From contig NC_068986.1 of assembly GCF_001194135.2 (NCBI RefSeq), positions 106,026,617 through 106,090,616 of the forward strand: a stretch of 64,000 nt of DNA, given 5' to 3'. Within the stretch, counting starts at the first letter, position 1. Each line of letters starts with the position of its first letter. The notes below the pieces were generated by a model, which was not told the origin of the DNA, did not search any database, and was given only the letters and a program-made list of their open reading frames with translations. The stretch comes from Octopus bimaculoides. Taxonomy: Eukaryota. The position numbers and the translations under genes are program-made. Of this stretch, positions 25,943 to 40,190 are shown piece by piece.

Positions 25943-27002
25943 GTCTGTGTCTGTGTGTGTGTGTGCATAATAGGCAAGGGTGATTTAGGATACGTCACTG
26001 TATATGCATTTGTATCATTTACAGTTTGCTTATATGAATACATTTCTTCGTATACCACGAGGTTAATTAGAGAGGAAAGGAATGTGGAGATTGGTTTTTC
26101 AGGTGAAAAGAATTTTAGATATAACAAGGTGTTTTAAAGATGTAGACAATAATAAATACATTGCTTGCTAATATTCAAATGATATTTTTCAGAAAAGCAG
26201 TCGAGAAGAAAACTTAATTATAAGTACACATACATGAGCATATTACTATTAAGACTTGTAAGGGAACAGTAAAAATATGCAAGACCTTTCTCAAATTGAA
26301 ACTAGATTTTTTCCTCTTACCAACATTCCAAAGACAGAACTTTGTATTTTGTTAGAAACCAACTCCTTCCTCAGAGGAAGATTTTAATATAAGATTTCAA
26401 TAATAGAAGAGAACATACATAATACATATATACATACAAGCATACATACACACACATACATACATAACATACATACACACATACACACATACATACACAC
26501 CATATATACATACGCACGTACATATATACGCACATATATACATACATATATACATACCTACCTACATACATATATACATACGTACGTATATTTATACAAA
26601 CTAATACACATACATACGCACACACGTAAACGCACGTGTATGTACACGTTTATATATTTATAAACACCTGCAGAAGAGACAATATAGAAATTAACGTATT
26701 CGATATATACGTCTAAATATTCGTGCAAAATAAAATTAGTTGTTTGTACAAACAGGTGAAAACAAAAATATAAGCCCTTCGAAATGATGTTGGCTGTTAG
26801 GAGACAATGTACGTTGGCTGTCGAGAAAGTTGTTATATTCAGAACAAACTCATAAAGTGAATAATTAGGTGAAAATCAGTATAGAAAATAAATCTAAGAT
26901 ATCATTTTAAAGAAACTGTTTGAAAACGAATCCACTGGCTTAAAAGCTTGGTACCCATAAGTAAAAATAAAAAAAAATCTCGAAATGGATTAACATATAT
27001 AA

Positions 27003-27840
27003 ATTGAAATATACAGGTATGGAAATATTTTATTCTCAAACGCAGAATTATTATGCTGGATAGCATGTTGGCACTCCGTCGCTTACGACGTCGAGGGTTC
27101 TAGTTGATCCGATCAACGGAACAGCCTGCTCGTAAAATTAACGACACGTGTACCCTTAATGTAATCATCGGGGAGATTCAGCGTGACAAGGCTGACCCTT
27201 TGAATTACAGGCACAACAGAAACAAGAAGTAAGAGAGCCTCGTGGAGCTTTAGGTGTTTTCGCTCAATAAACACTCACAACGCCCTGTGTGAATCGAAAC
27301 CGCGATCCGCGATCCTATGACCGCGAGTCCGCTGCCCTAACCACTGGGCCATTGCGCCTCCACTGTGGATAGCATAAAACATCCTTATATTAGAGAAAAA
27401 TTTGTTAGCGGCCAACCTTAAAATTCGAACTCACATCTCTGTGATTACCGGTCAAAGTGCTTTATCTCTAACCTAAACTGCCTACAAAGAAATTCTTCTG
27501 AAATTTTTGAACTAATAAATTTAGCTTTTATAGACGATATATGTGAAATTACGATATATATATAAGCAAAGTTTGCTTTTTTAGAAGCGTTCAGATGTAT
27601 TGAAATATACAGATATGAAAATCAATCTCAAATGCCGAATTATAATGCTGAACAACATAGAACATCCTTATATTGCAGAAAAATTTGTTAGCGGCCAGCC
27701 ATGCGACTCGAACTCACATCTTCGTGATTACCTGTCATACCTTTAAGCTAAACTGCCTACAAACAAATTCTTCTGCAATTTTTGAACTGATAAATTTAGT
27801 TTTTATAGACGCTATATGCGAAATTACGATGTATGTTCTA
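27003..27840. repeat. Tandem duplication of a ~290-bp unit; the first copy is split by a family B SINE (27067-27363, minus) with TSD TGGATAGCAT
   Basis: 27003-27066 plus 27376-27570 align with 27598-27840. TSD at 27057-27066 and 27366-27375. Confidence 0.85.
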
Positions 27841-28194
27841 CCCTATCTTATGCTATTCAGAGTTATAATTCTGTGTTTGAAAATAAAATATTTCCATATC
27901 TTTATATTTCAATACACCGCAACGTTTCTAAAAAAAAAACAAAACAAGCTTTGTTTGTTTACATATATCATATTTTTCATATAAGTTGAAAATTAGTAAA
28001 AGAGCTTGTAAAGAAATTTTTATATAAATACAACAGTTTTGGCCAGAGGTAAACTATTTAGGAAGCCATCAAATAATTTAGAACTGAAACCAAATGAATA
28101 GTTTACATAGTGACTGGATAGCGATTGTTGAAAAAGTAACTACAGAACGTAATTAATTCCAGTTTGGCATAATTTTACGCACATCAACAGATTT

Positions 28195-28411
28195 ACTCTT
28201 TTACTCTTTTACTCTTTTACTTGTTTCAGTCATTTGACTGTGGCCATGCTGGAGCACCGCTTTTAGTCGTACAAGTCGACTCCAGAATTTATTCTTTGTA
28301 AGCCTAGTACTTATTCTATCGGTCTCTTTGGCCGAACCGCTATGTTACGGGGACGTAAACACACCAGCATCAGTTGTCAAGTGATGTTGGAGGACAAACA
28401 CAGACACACAA

Positions 28412-28446
<35 letters not shown>

Positions 28447-29475
28447 NNNNNNNNNNNNNNNNNNNNNNNNNNNNNNNNNNNNNNNNNNNNNNNNNNNNNN
28501 NNNNNNNNNNNNNNNNNNNNNNNNNNNNNNNNNNNNNNNNNNNNNNNNNNNNNNNNNNNNNNNNNNNNNNNNNNNNNNNNNNNNNNNNNNNNNNNNNNNN
28601 NNATATATATATATATATATATATATATATACGACGGGCTTCTTTCAGTTTCCGTCTACCAAATCCACTCACAAAGCTTTGGTCGGCCCGAGGCTATAGT
28701 AGCAGACACTTGCCCACGGTGCCACGCAGTGGGATTGAACCCGGAACCATGTGGTTGGTAAGCAAGCTACTTACCACACAGCCACTCCAGCGCCTATATC
28801 TAAGGACGGCGGTCCTTTGTGGCCTTTGGACGGTGGATTCCGTGTCCATAGCTGACGAAGCAGAAAAGCGTATTCTACAGTCCGATGATATCATTCATGG
28901 TCCAGTGGTTTGTAATTCGCAAACATTGTTCATGACGAGAATTTCTTTCCCGAGAAGTCTTTCCACATCTTAGTGTACACGAACGTGTGAAATATAATTG
29001 TACTCACCTGTATTTCAATCACTGTGCTTAGAGCGTCTCTAGTTAATTAATTTGAGATTGCCGAATTTTATATTTTACTTGTTTCCGTCATTCGACTGCG
29101 TCCATACTAGGGCACCACTTTGAAGAATTTTAGTCGAACGAATCGACAACTTCATACTTATTTTTTTTAATGAAAAGCCTGGTAATTATTCTATTGGGCT
29201 CTTTTACTAAACCGCTAAGTTACGGGAACTTAAACATAAGCTCCAGTTGTCAAGCAATGGCGTCACACAAACAGACAGACAGAGAGACAGCCACATACAC
29301 ACACACATATACGATGGGCTTCTTCCAGTTTCCATTAATCAAATCCACTCAAAAGGCCTTGGGCGACCGAAGAATATAGTAGAAGGCACTTGCCCAAGGT
29401 ATCACACAGTGGAACTGAACCCGAAACCATGTGGTTCAGAAGCAAGCTTCTTACCACACAACCACACCTGCGCCT
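28195..29475 (-). mobile_element. Two SINE family C copies (28195-28795, 29075-29475)
   Basis: Near-consensus copies. The internal microsatellite of the first contains an N gap. Confidence 0.9.
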
Positions 29476-30329
29476 TTATACACAGTGTTTCGATGCGGTC
29501 AGTACTGCTTCCCGTCTGCAAGGGGTTAATATATATTTAAGGGTAAGTTTCATGCTTATTTTTTTTTTAATCGCTAGGTGTTGGGGATAAATGTGAATCT
29601 AGGTCTGAACTTTTAGGCACGGTGTGTGCTTAGCTTAAGAAGGATAATGTCCTGTGAGTGAATTTGGTAGTTTGGTTGACGAAAACTGTATGGAATCCTC
29701 GTCGCATATACATTTACTTTAAATATGATGAAATTTACCAAGGAGGACATCATCCTGATGTAGGGGACACATTACATATATGGAGTAGTTAATTTTTGAC
29801 CACGACCGGTAACGTGCCCCTGAAACGGCCGTAGATGGAACATCCTCCAATTTTTTTATCCTATTTTATATTTTTTTTAACCTTGATATCTAGCGTAATT
29901 TCTATCTTATATCTTAGCCTGTTTGCCATTACAAAAATTGACGTTTTTATTCCTATATTTATCAACCTCTCATTCGCTTTGCATTTCCTATATTTACCAT
30001 GCATGTCTCCTTACATGTAGTTTTTATTTATTTGTAATTTTATATGTATTCTTATATTTCTTCTATATTTTTATGTATGTTGGGTTTAATTCTTTATACC
30101 CGTGGAGAATCTTCATACCTGTACATGCATGATTTATGTTGATATGTATAAATATATATGATTCAATTACATTGATTGAATGTTTTCATATATGCATTCG
30201 GGAATCTGTTTGAGTGCCTAAAATTTACGTTTTCAATTTTCTCTACTCTATATTTTTTCGCATTGGCTCTCTATGAGCACTCCGTAAACAACCCGTACAT
30301 TTTAAATCATATTTAATATTATATTCGTA

Positions 30330-30397
30330 TATACATATGTATGTATATAATTATGTATATATATATATATGCATGCATATGTATGTATATAAATATG

Positions 30398-30494
<97 letters not shown>

Positions 30495-30770
30495 GTATGT
30501 ATATATGTATGTATATATGTATATATATGTATGTATATATGTATATATGTATATATAAGTATGTATGTATAACTATGTATATATGTATATATGTGTGTAT
30601 CCTTGTGTCTGTGGCCTCTCTCACCACTTGACCGGTGTTAGTCTGTTTACGTCCCCGTAACCCTAGCGGTTCGGCAACAGAGGTGGATAGAATATGTACC
30701 AGATTCAAAAAACAAATTTAAAAAGCAGCAGTACTGGAGTCAATTTTTCGACGCAAATCTTTGAAAGTGC
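30330..30770 (+). repeat. (TA)n/(TATG)n microsatellite followed by the 3' half of a family C SINE
   Basis: Directly visible; GTTTACGTCCCCGTAAC..TAGCGGTTCGGCAA is the family C motif. Confidence 0.8.
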
Positions 30771-31204
30771 TAAAACAGGTAAAAGATACCAGAAAGATAA
30801 ACGAATGTAATTAAAGGTGAAAGACTTTTATACTCAAAGATCTAGGTTTATAGGTTAGTATCGTATAGTTGGGTATGAGACATAATCCCAAAATATGGTA
30901 ATTAAAAGGATTGAAAAATGAATGGCTATCAATCAATGTAGCCCGTTGCTTTACCTAATGATTCTCAAGCTGAAAGTGTTTGCCTTTTTATAACCATTCA
31001 GCCAACCTCGCGGCTCACTGTTCCTGGGAAGAAACAACAATCATTACATCTCGGTTGGATTCCTAAGTGGGACCACCTAAGATTATGGCTATTATCCAAC
31101 CACCTCGTGGTTGGTTGACCTACATACATACATACATACATACATACATACATACACACATGCGTACATACATACACACATTCATACATATATACATATA
31201 TTCA

Positions 31205-31815
31205 CACAGAAGCCATAGGCACTCATAATAAGACGGAATACAGACCTCAATAAAATGTAAGCACAACTGACCTGATATAGTGATTTATGTAAGGAAGAGA
31301 AACTGCGCACAACTGGAAATTTGCAGCTGAGCGTATGTTAGCATAAAGTTGAAGAATAAGTGAAAAAGAGAACACTTATGCTGAACTATTGAGAAATAAA
31401 TAATTACTCTATCCAGATTACAAGTTCAGTTTTATACCTGTAATTATTGGGACCCTGGGATATGTAACACAATGCCTAAATAGCAATCTTGAGAAATTAG
31501 GCTCTCAAAACCAGAAAGGAGAAGGCTAATTCGAAGACTACAGATCCAGTTCATCACCGGAACTGTAAAACTCTGTAAAACTTCTTAGAAGTTTATCATT
31601 TAAATATATATGGGTATGTCTAGATATGTAAATATATGCCTGAGAATACACACATAAAATATACAAATCTGCACATACATACATACATACATGCATACAT
31701 ACATACATACATGCCCTCATGTTGATGCTGAAATTCCAATGAAGGAACCTTGAATCTAGGTTAGAAACCGGCTCTTTCTGTATTGGCAAGAAATCTTGAA
31801 ATAAACTGAATAATG
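31205..31815 (+). mobile_element. RLE-type non-LTR retrotransposon 3' fragment (family RLE-1) with 3' UTR
   Basis: Translation CKHN*PDIVI...SEKENTYAELLRN...YPDYKFSFIPVIIGTLGYVTQCLNSNLEKLG...LQIQFITGTVKLCKT, a PD-(D/E)-type restriction-like endonuclease domain. Flanked by (CATA)n. Confidence 0.8.
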
Positions 31816-32321
31816 ACATACATACATGCATACATAATACTTAAACATGTGCATACATATATACACACATATGTACACACATGCATATATACACAGATGC
31901 ACACATACATACAGATATGCATACATACATAAATAGATACACACATACATACATACATACATACATACATACAGATATGTTTTTAAGTAGATATCCATAT
32001 CAATCTACAGTCATGCGTATGTATTTCCTTGTAAAATAAATCTGTGCACATGCGTGTTTACACATAGATTGAAATAAGCAGTGGGTATGATATGCGCAGG
32101 AATGAAATTTTCAAGTATCAAACTAAAATTGTTTTAAATGAAAATTAATAAATTATTATTTATTAAAATAATTTATAAACTTGTTTAGTTCTGATTGGAA
32201 AGGGATGGATTAAAATTTTGTGCTATCATTCAACTTGAGGCGTAACGGAAGCTAATCCATAAAATAAAAATAAATCATATACGTTTTTATCTGTTTGTCT
32301 GTTTGTCAGTCTGCCGGCCTG

Positions 32322-32400
<79 letters not shown>

Positions 32401-32401
32401 G

Positions 32402-32460
<59 letters not shown>

Positions 32461-33364
32461 GTCTATCTATCTATCTATCTATCTATCTATCNNNNNNNNN
32501 NNNNNNNNNNNNNNNNNNNNNNNNNNNNNNNNNNNNNNNNNNNNNNNNNNNNNNNNNNNNNNNNNNNNNNNNNNNNNNNNNNNNNNNNNNNNNNNNNNNN
32601 NNNNNNNNNNNNNNNNNNNNNNNNNNNNNNNNNNNNNNNNNNNNNNNNNNNNNNNNNNNNNNNNNNNNNNNNNNNNNNNNNNNNNNNNNNNNNNNNNNNN
32701 NNNNNNNNNNNNNNNNNNNNNNNNNNNNNNNNNNNNNNNNNNNNNNNNNNNNNNNNNNNNNNNNNNNNNNNNNNNNNNNNNNNNNNNNNNNNNNNNNNNN
32801 NNNNNNNNNNNNNNNNNNNNNNNNNNNNNNNNNNNNNNNNNNNNNNNNNNNNNNNNNNNNNNNNNNNNNNNNNNNNNNNNNNNNNNNNNNNNNNNNNNNN
32901 NNNNNNNNNNNNNNNNNNNNNNNNNNNNNNNNNNNNNNNNNNNNNNNNNNNNNNNNNNNNNNNNNNNNNNNNNNNNNNNNNNNNNNNNNNNNNNNNNNNN
33001 NNNNNNNNNNNNNNNNNNNNNNNNNNNNNNNNNNNNNNNNNNNNNNNNNNNNNNNNNNNNNNNNNNNNNNNNNNNNNNNNNNNNNNNNNNNNNNNNNNNN
33101 NNNNNNNNNNNNNNNNNNNNNNNNNNNNNNNNNNNNNNNNNNNNNNNNNNNNNNNNNNNNNNNNNNNNNNNNNNNNNNNNNNNNNNNNNNNNNNNNNNNN
33201 NNNNNNNNNNNNNNNNNNNNNNNNNNNNNNNNNNNNNNNNNNNNNNNNNNNNNNNNNNNNNNNNNNNNNNNNNNNNNNTATATATATATATATGCATTTA
33301 AATATGTGTACATGTTTGTGTGTGTGTGAGTGTGTACACACACATATATATATATATGTATATA

Positions 33365-34385
33365 AGATCTAAATATATTTAACAATATACTGAACACACT
33401 TCACCCATCCATCAAATTCACGACAAAATCCAGTTGCAGTGAACCACCATTCCTGGATATCCACATAAAAATACAGAACTCCACAGTCCCAACAGACGTA
33501 TTTTACAAAAAAACTAACACATACCAATATTTAAATTTCTATTCTTGCCATCCGTCACACATCAAAAGAAACATTCCCTACAACATTGCAAGACACATCT
33601 GTGCTATAGTGACTGACCCCAAAATACGTGAAATCCGGCTCAACGAACTCGAATACTTCCTCACAATGCAGAAATAACCCTTAGGATGAATTAATGAGGG
33701 AATTAAAAAGGCGATGAAACTGAACATCATCCAACTACGGACACCTAAGGAAAAAGTTAATGAAAACACGATTCCGTTCATTAACCAGAGTCTTGGAATA
33801 ACCAACATCTTTCACGGCATAAAATCGAAGTTATCTATACTCCTACAAAACCCCAAAATGAAAACTCTGATTGAAAAAAAAAAACACCTTACGGAATAGC
33901 AGACGCCAACCAAAAACTCTTTAAAAAACACCTCAGAAGGGTAGAATTCAAATCAGAGAATGAATCAGAATTCTTAGTAAAAGAATGTGGAGATGGGAGA
34001 TGTGGAACATGCAACAATATAAACAACTTCAAATACTTGGAAAGTGGTACCCACATAAATTTCAAGAGCGGATCACTTTTCAAAATAAATGCAGATATGA
34101 ACTGCAAAACGTAAAACCTCATATACTACATTACCCGCCCACACTGCAAAGAAAATTACTTTGGCGAAACGAATAATTCCCTCTGTCAACGTGCAAGAAT
34201 CCACAGGCAACATATCCGACAAGAAGAATTACGCAAGATTCCATTAAGTAATTATCTGGAAATATGCAGCGATGGAAAATTCAATTTTTTTCCTTTTTCA
34301 AATGTGCACGGGATGATCCGCAATATCGAAAAGCAATGGAACTACATTTCATCAAAAAATTCTCTCCAAAATTGTATGTTTGAAG
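33365..34385 (+). pseudogene. Penelope-like element (Poseidon-type) RT C-terminus plus GIY-YIG endonuclease, decayed
   Basis: LNTLHPSIKFT...PFLDIHI...TDVFYKKTNTYQYLNFYSCHPSHIKRNIPYNIAR...CGDGRCGTC...YFGETNNSLCQRARIHRQHIRQ...RKAMELHFIKKFSPKL are hallmark PLE thumb and GIY-YIG motifs. Confidence 0.9.
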
Positions 34386-35672
34386 GAAATGCAGAGACAG
34401 TACATTTTGTAATTGTTGTACAAATATTCTCTAACGCAAAATTAGGGAATTGAAAGAGGTGTGATCGAAGTTACACAGTATAAACAAGGACATGTTCCCA
34501 ACCACACACACACACACACACGNNNNNNNNNNTGGAGAATTTGAATGTGGCTCATCTCTACAAATGTTCAGATGTATATGTGTAGCATTGGGATGTTCTA
34601 GCTTTACCTATATATATATATATATATATATATATTCGTTTTAATTTATTTATTGATTGATTTTTGAAAGTGTTAATTTGCATATATTATACTAATGTAT
34701 TTTCATGCAGAACTACACTTTATCAAAGAATTCCCTCCAAAAATGAATGTTTGGAAGGGATATATTCTAAATGTAACTCAAAGAGGAGAAAAAGAAAGAA
34801 AGGAGGAAAAAGGAAGGAATAAAGAGCGGGGAGAAAGAAAGAAAGCAAAATGACTTTCAGTGATGAACAAACCACACCTGTTTTTTTATTTTCATTCTTT
34901 ATTTTTTTTTGTTTTAATAATAATGACGGTTACATCTTCTTTGAAAGAATTCAAATCCGCCACTGAAGAGGTTTAACATGTTATTTCATATATATTGTGT
35001 GTATGTATTTGGTGATGTAATAAATCAATTATGTAAAAGTAAATATAAAATAAAATACAATAAACTTTTTTGAAAAAAAAAAATATATATATATGAATAA
35101 CGTGAATAATTAAAATATTGTTATATCTTTATGGAAAAATAATTATGTAATAAAATAAAGTAAATAAAATAAAATAAAATAAATAAATAAATAAATAAAT
35201 AAATAAATTAGCAATGTACACAATAAAAAATGATAGATAAACCGTTATAATTGTATAATTTCCATTTGCTTTCTCGTAGATACGAGTAAATATTCATGTA
35301 TACGTGTTCATCGAATCATATTTAATGAAATTTTATTGTGCATATATGTGTTAGTATCTATTCAGATTTGAATATTCTATCCGTTAATAGATGTATTATT
35401 CAAGTTACTATACACACATAGACCTATATACACATGTATACACATGTTTAAGCATCGGTTAAATATACTAAGTTTATATACATTTCTATATAATTCAGTA
35501 TTTGTTTTAAAAGGAGGGTAAAACCGAAAATAAAATAAAATAAAATAAAATAAAAAAAAGGAAAAGGACAAATAGAATAAATCAAAATTAAGATAAGATA
35601 ATAATCTGTATTTTACATTATAAGACAATAGGCAGAATTCTTTGAATACATATCTTTCAGTTTATGTATTTT

Positions 35673-36040
35673 TTGTTGTTGGCATTTCATCGCTTACGAC
35701 GTCGAGGGTTCCAGTTGATCCGATCAAGGGAACAACTTGCTCGGGAAATTAACGTGCAAGTGGCTGAGCACTCCACAGACACGTGTACCCTTAACGTAGT
35801 TCTCGGGGATATTCAGCGTGACACAGTGTGACAATGCTGACCTTTTGAATTACAGGCGCAACAGAAGCAGGAAGTAAGAGAAAGAGTACAGCAGGGTTCG
35901 CCACCATCCCCTGCCGGAGCCACGTGGAGCTTTAGGTGTTTTCGCTCAATAAACACTCACAACGCCCGGTCTGGGAATCGAAACCGCGATCCTATAACCG
36001 CGAGTCCGCTGCCCTAACCACTGGGCCATTGCGCCTCCAC
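35673..36040 (-). mobile_element. Full-length SINE family B copy inside the left inverted repeat
   Basis: Reverse complement of 11850-12228; approximate TSD TTATG(T/C)ATTT. Confidence 0.9.
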
Positions 36041-36533
36041 TTATGCATTTATTTTCCTAGAAAATGCTTATTACGTTTCTATCTGATAAGTACTATGTGC
36101 ATAATGTAACTGATTCATGTTTACTCAAAGAAAAAGTCAACAGAATATTTTATGGACCTGTTAGTTCATTCAAATATCTTATTGAGATTTAATATAAAAT
36201 TTAACTTTTTATATAACTGTTAAAATTATATTATTTACTTATAATATTTTTTCATAATATATCCAACTATTTTGTAATACAACTAGATGCAATTAAGTAA
36301 AATAAAATAAGTTAATCTTATATATATTAAATGCTTTAAAATGTTTAAAAACAGTAATATGGTTAAATTAGAATATATGTATAGAAAGAAAGACGTATAA
36401 ATTGAAATCAATCAATGATTATTTATGCTGAGGTACACCCCCCACACACATGAATTATGTTTAAGTTATAGTGTTGTATATTAAGGTAAATATCTAATAG
36501 TTTATTAATAGAAATAGAAATGTATGATTATTA

Positions 36534-36609
<76 letters not shown>

Positions 36610-36900
36610 ATCTATAAAAACATTATATTATATATTAAGGTATATTGTAAATATCTCTAATGGTTGAATATATTACAGCGTAATATCTATAATACAACAA
36701 TGTATTAACCTAACTAGATGAATATCAGTATATCTAGTTTTATTTTATAATAATGTTAAGGGAATATTTAATAATTCTTAGAGGATATATGTAATTCAGG
36801 TATTTACCAATATATTTAGTCGATAATTTAACAATACTATAAAATAAAATAAAATTAAAATTATCTTTATGGTTAACATAGAACGTATCCAATCTGCTAT

Positions 36901-36947
<47 letters not shown>

Positions 36948-36957
36948 TTAGAAATCG

Positions 36958-38000
36958 ATTAGTGATATTTGGAAAATAGGTATTTAGGTGCATGTAGGCA
37001 GGCCGAAATTTTCTCAGTCCTCTCATTCAATAATTGTTCTTTAGAAAATAGAATATTATAGCTTTCTGTTGTTCACGACGAAGAAATTCTGTCTGAGGGA
37101 TGATAAGGTTTTGCAATGGTTAATATTTTCCATCTAATTTTGAAACTAATATTGCTATCTTTTAATTTCCAGATGACTTTGCTAAGGCTTATATTATTCC
37201 GTTTAATCCTATTTCTAAAAGAATTCTCACGGTTCAAATTTCTGGTTTTCACAAAACATTCTGTGGAATCAATATAGTAGAAATTCTTACCCTCTGCTTC
37301 AACGACAGCTTGGTATATCAGACTTTTATGTTTGCAATAATTATTAAATTTGCATTTTTCTTTAACCTTACAATCGCAAAATTTATTAAGACTATCTTTG
37401 GAACTAATTAAAATAGGCAAATTATTGGCAGTTCTTTCCCATTGATAGCTTAAACTAATATTAGGTAATTTACTTGTGGTGGATATATGATATAATGCGT
37501 GCTATTTCCAAGAGAAATATTAATTTTACGATTCTCATAAAAGTTATCTAATTTTGAATTATTAATACAAGATATATATCTAAATAAGTTTCTAGTTACT
37601 GAAAAACCATATCTTAAAATTTTACTATTAATAATTTCACTATATTTATTATAAGCGAAGTGCCTGTTTATCAGTCTACGTATACGTTTGATTAAATTAG
37701 TCTTAACTTGTTCAACAAAAGGTAAGTTTAGCCAAATAATATTTTCATTTATTTTATTATTAGTATGGTAATTCCAAGTCTTTGCTTCGGTGGATTTTAT
37801 ACGAGGTATATATTTTCTATTTTTATTCTTTTTAGTACTATAATTTCCGTTTTTATTGTGATTATTATCACTAGATTTCAAGTTATTAATTTGGTCAATA
37901 ACTACATTATTTTTATACTTACTATGTATATCATTATTAGCGTTTCTGTTTGATGTGTAATATCTCTGTTTAATTTTTATTACCATTATATTGATAAACA
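36958..38000 (-). pseudogene. Neptune-type PLE linker plus GIY-YIG endonuclease, frameshifted; RT not detected
   Basis: NIIWLNLPF...KTNLIKRIRRLINRHF...; CDCKVKEKCKFNNYCKHKSLIYQAVV...YYIDSTE..VKTR..N...SF...LSKVIWKLK...WKILTIAKPY...LLNERTEKISACLH. Confidence 0.85.
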
Positions 38001-38282
38001 TTATTATTTTGGTCTCTTATACTAATGCTTACTATTCTGTTTCGATTTGGCTTATATTTACTCACTATATTTTTGCTGTTTTCCATGATCTACTTCTTTA
38101 TTCATATAATTTATCTTACCCTTAACCCTAGATTTTTATATCATTCGTAGTAGATTTTCTTACCCATTGATCTATAGTCGTATTAGGTCAATAAAATATT
38201 ACGTTGACTTTTTCTTTAATTAAACATGAATCAATGGCGTAATAAACATAGTCTTTATCAGACAGAAACGTAATACTTATAA

Positions 38283-39211
38283 GGCGGCGAGCTGGCAGAA
38301 ACGTTAGCACGCCGGGCGAAATGCTTAACGGTATTTCACCTGCCGTTACGTTCTGAGTTCAAATTCTGGCGAGGTCGACTTTACCTTTCATCGTTTTGGG
38401 GTCGATAAATTAAGTGCCAGTTACACACTGGGGTCGATGTAATCGACTTAACCCCTTTGTCTGTTCTTGTTTGTCCCTATGTTTAGCCCCTTGTGGGCAA
38501 TAAAGAAATAAGAAACGTAATACGCATTTTCTAGGCATAAATGAACTATTAGATATGTATTCTAAGATATCTATATATTATATTATAATATAAAATACTG
38601 ATTATTATCGTATCTTAATTTTAAACTATTCTATTTATCTCATTTTACTTTATTTTATTTTCATTTTACTCACTTTTAGAACAAATACTGAATTATATAC
38701 AAACATATATATACTCAGTATATTTAACCGTTGCTTAAATATAAATACATATAGAAAAGATATACGCTAATTGTATACAATCTTCTTACTATGCAGTCAC
38801 GCCTGCGCCTTAAATTTGAACAACTTTGTAGAAGATATTTTCAAAATTGTGAGTTCTTCAAAAATATCCTAAAAAACACATTTCACTTCTGAGTTGTAGC
38901 ATTAAAGCTTCCAATACGACAATTAGATCTGGTTAGTTTCTGTGCTCTGTTAGCATTATGATCGTGCCTCGGTTCTTGTGAGGAATTTTCTCTGCTTTTT
39001 TTCTCTGTCTAACGATATTTTACGAGCTAATTTTTCCGCCACATTCAAATTAGAGTAATACCTCCACACGCTCATTCAAACACACTGACACACACACATA
39101 CGTTATATCTATACACTGAAGCAAGTAAATATACACCTCTACAAACCTTCTTATATTCGTACTGAGATCTATAAAATAAATCCGTGCTAAGTTTAAAAAT
39201 ATACTAGTCAA

Positions 39212-39247
<36 letters not shown>

Positions 39248-40015
39248 TGCGTGCACAAAGATATATAATTGAGACATCGAATGAAAATGATTATTAAATT
39301 TATTGTTAAAATTATTAAGAAGAATTCAAATATCCGTTTTTGAAAGTATAAATTTTCTGCTGTCATTCAACCTGGTGTGTAACGAAATAGTTTTAGAAAT
39401 AGCATATGACAGCGTTTTAATATATATATGTATGCATAAGGCAGTGAGTTGAGAGAATCTTTAGCTCGCCTGCTAAAATGCTAAGCGGTATTTCGTCTGT
39501 CCTTACTTTCTGAGTTCTTATTCCGCCGAGGTCGACTTTGCCTTTCATCCTTTCGGGATCGATAAATTAAGTACCAGTTGCGTCCTGGGGTTGATCTAAT
39601 CTACTGGCCTTCTCCCCAACAATTTCAGGCCTTGTGCCTAAAGTAGAAAAGAATCTCCAGCACGCCTGGTAAAATGCTTAGTGGTATTTCGTCCGTCTTT
39701 ACAGTGTGAGTTCAAATTCCGCCGAGTTCATTTACTTTTCATCCCTTTCAAGGTTGTCTGTCCTTGTTTGTCCCCTCTATGTTTAGCCCCTTGTGGGCAA
39801 TAAAGAAATAAGAAACATTAGCACGCCAGGCGAAAAGCTTAGCGGTATTTCGTCTGTCTTTACGTTCTGAGTTCAAATTTTGCTGAAGTCGACTTTGCTT
39901 TTATCCTTTCGGAGGTCGATAAATTAAGTACCAGTTGCGTCCTTGGGTCAATCTAATCTACTGGCCCCCTCCTCCCCCCAAATTTCCGGCTTTGTGCCTA
40001 GAGTAGCAAAGAATA
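38283..40015 (+). mobile_element. SINE family A copies: 38283-38512 (inside the right inverted repeat, approximate TSD AGAAACGTAATAC) and a trimer at 39438-40015
   Basis: Direct similarity to family A. Confidence 0.85.
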
Positions 40016-40139
40016 TTTATAACAGTAGTCTACCTTTGACTATAATCGTATTCATTAAAGTGAGGTTATGAAACTCCATTGGAGAGTTGCAACTGTTGAC
40101 CGGAAAAACATATCACTATCAACTTTCATTCTCTTTCTG

Positions 40140-40190
<51 letters not shown>

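Larger units (their letters stand above)
35447..38739 (-). mobile_element. Penelope-like (Neptune-type) insertion bounded by long inverted repeats
   Basis: 35447-36160 aligns with the reverse complement of 38178-38739 once the SINE in each arm is removed. The interior carries a PLE ORF remnant. Confidence 0.75.

Noticed and set aside
31736-31790. CCAATGA...AACCT/AGGTT...GAAAC as a hammerhead
   Set aside because: The essential G5 is absent, and CCAAT pairs with downstream ATTGG. It is better explained as a 3' UTR stem-loop of the RLE-1 element.
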